Origin: Desulfosoma sp.
GTDB lineage: Bacteria; Desulfobacterota; Syntrophobacteria; Syntrophobacterales; DSM-9756
Reading direction: 5' to 3'
Length of the DNA stretch: 13,380 bases
NCBI GenBank assembly: GCA_037481835.1
Contig: JBBFKW010000028.1
Coordinates: 1 to 13,380 of the forward strand
Made by a program: the position numbers and the translations under genes. The first letter of the stretch is position 1. Each line of letters begins with the position of its first letter. A model generated the notes under the pieces. It saw only the letters and a program-made list of their open reading frames with translations, made no database searches and was not told the DNA's origin. Shown one piece after another: positions 12,765 to 13,380 of this stretch.

Positions 12765-13136
12765 TCAGCCGATGAGAAACCGCACGAAACGGGCCAGAAT
12801 GAAATCAACGACGCCCAGATAAATCCCCACGAGGATGACGATGACAACCACCACGGAAGTGGATCCGATCGTCTCCTTGCGGGACGGCCAAACCACTTTG
12901 CGCAGTTCGTAGACCACTTCCCGCAGGTACGTCTGGAAACGTCTCCAGAGGTTGGGCTCCGCCGGTGCGGCTTTGCGCGGCGCCTTCTTTTTTACAACCG
13001 CCGCCTCTTTGCCGTCTCCGGACCCGTCCTTCGTCTTCTTTCTTACCGGGACCTTTTCCTTCGTCTCCAAGGCACGCCCACCTTCGTCCACGCCGCGATC
13101 CGCCATGTGCGCCTTCATCGTCTTTGCTGCGTTCAC
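12765..13136 (-). CDS. secE: Preprotein translocase subunit SecE, single C-terminal TM type; start codon uncertain
   Basis: Conserved [13 protein letters not shown] motif followed by a hydrophobic helix ([21 protein letters not shown]), directly upstream of nusG. Candidate starts: GTG 13136 (overlaps the rpmG stop), ATG 13118, ATG 13106, or TTG 13070 (AAGGTGG 8 nt upstream). Confidence 0.92.
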   Translation of the reverse strand: MNAAKTMKAHMADRGVDEGGRALETKEKVPVRKKTKDGSGDGKEAAVVKKKAPRKAAPAEPNLWRRFQTYLREVVYELRKVVWPSRKETIGSTSVVVVIVILVGIYLGVVDFILARFVRFLIG

Positions 13137-13282
13137 TTGGTTTCCTTATGAACCGTATGAGCGTTGCAGAACTTGCAGTACTTGCGGAAGCTCAGACGAT
13201 CCGGGGTTGTCTTCTTGTTCTTCGTGGTCGTGTAATTGCGCCGTTTGCATTCCTGGCACGCAAGAGTGACCAATACTCGCAT
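13133..13282 (-). CDS. rpmG: 50S ribosomal protein L33 (49 aa), Zn-ribbon (C+) form
   Basis: Manual translation: [49 protein letters not shown], with two CxxC pairs. AAGGTGA upstream. Not in the ORF track. Confidence 0.97.
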   Translation of the reverse strand: MRVLVTLACQECKRRNYTTTKNKKTTPDRLSFRKYCKFCNAHTVHKETK

Positions 13283-13325
13283 CGTCTCTCACCTTTTCTT
13301 CCGAAGGCCCCTGGAGGGCCCGGGC

Positions 13326-13380
13326 TTACTCGATGATATCGGTGACCACGCCGGCGCCCACGGTGCGCCCGCCTTCCCGA
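13326..13380 (-). CDS. tuf: Elongation factor Tu, 3' end (partial); upstream copy
   Basis: 13379-13326 translates to REGGRTVGAGVVTDIIE*, the canonical EF-Tu C-terminus. Not in the ORF track. Confidence 0.96.
   Translation of the reverse strand, partial: REGGRTVGAGVVTDIIE

Overview
Core housekeeping window from a GC-rich bacterium. The proteins resemble those of Deltaproteobacteria/Desulfobacterota, possibly Syntrophobacteria; this is inference from sequence appearance, not a search. All genes are on the minus strand. In transcription order: tuf (3' end, 13326-13380) - rpmG - secE - nusG - rplK - rplA - L10 leader RNA - rplJ - rplL - attenuator hairpin - rpoB - rpoC - sigma70-like promoter - rpsL - rpsG - tuf (5' end, 1-36). 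The ORF track misses rpmG and both tuf fragments, and it over-extends the starts of rpoC and rpsG. I see no mobile element, CRISPR array, accessory gene or clearly new system. The notable points are organisational. fusA (EF-G) is absent from the str cluster, where rpsG is followed by tuf after 161 nt. There is no tRNA-Trp between rpmG and secE. The block is bracketed by two direct tuf copies. rpoB and rpoC are in frame, separated by one UAG and a stop-free structured 105-nt spacer. Several intercistronic hairpins occur, including a terminator-like one between rpsL and rpsG.
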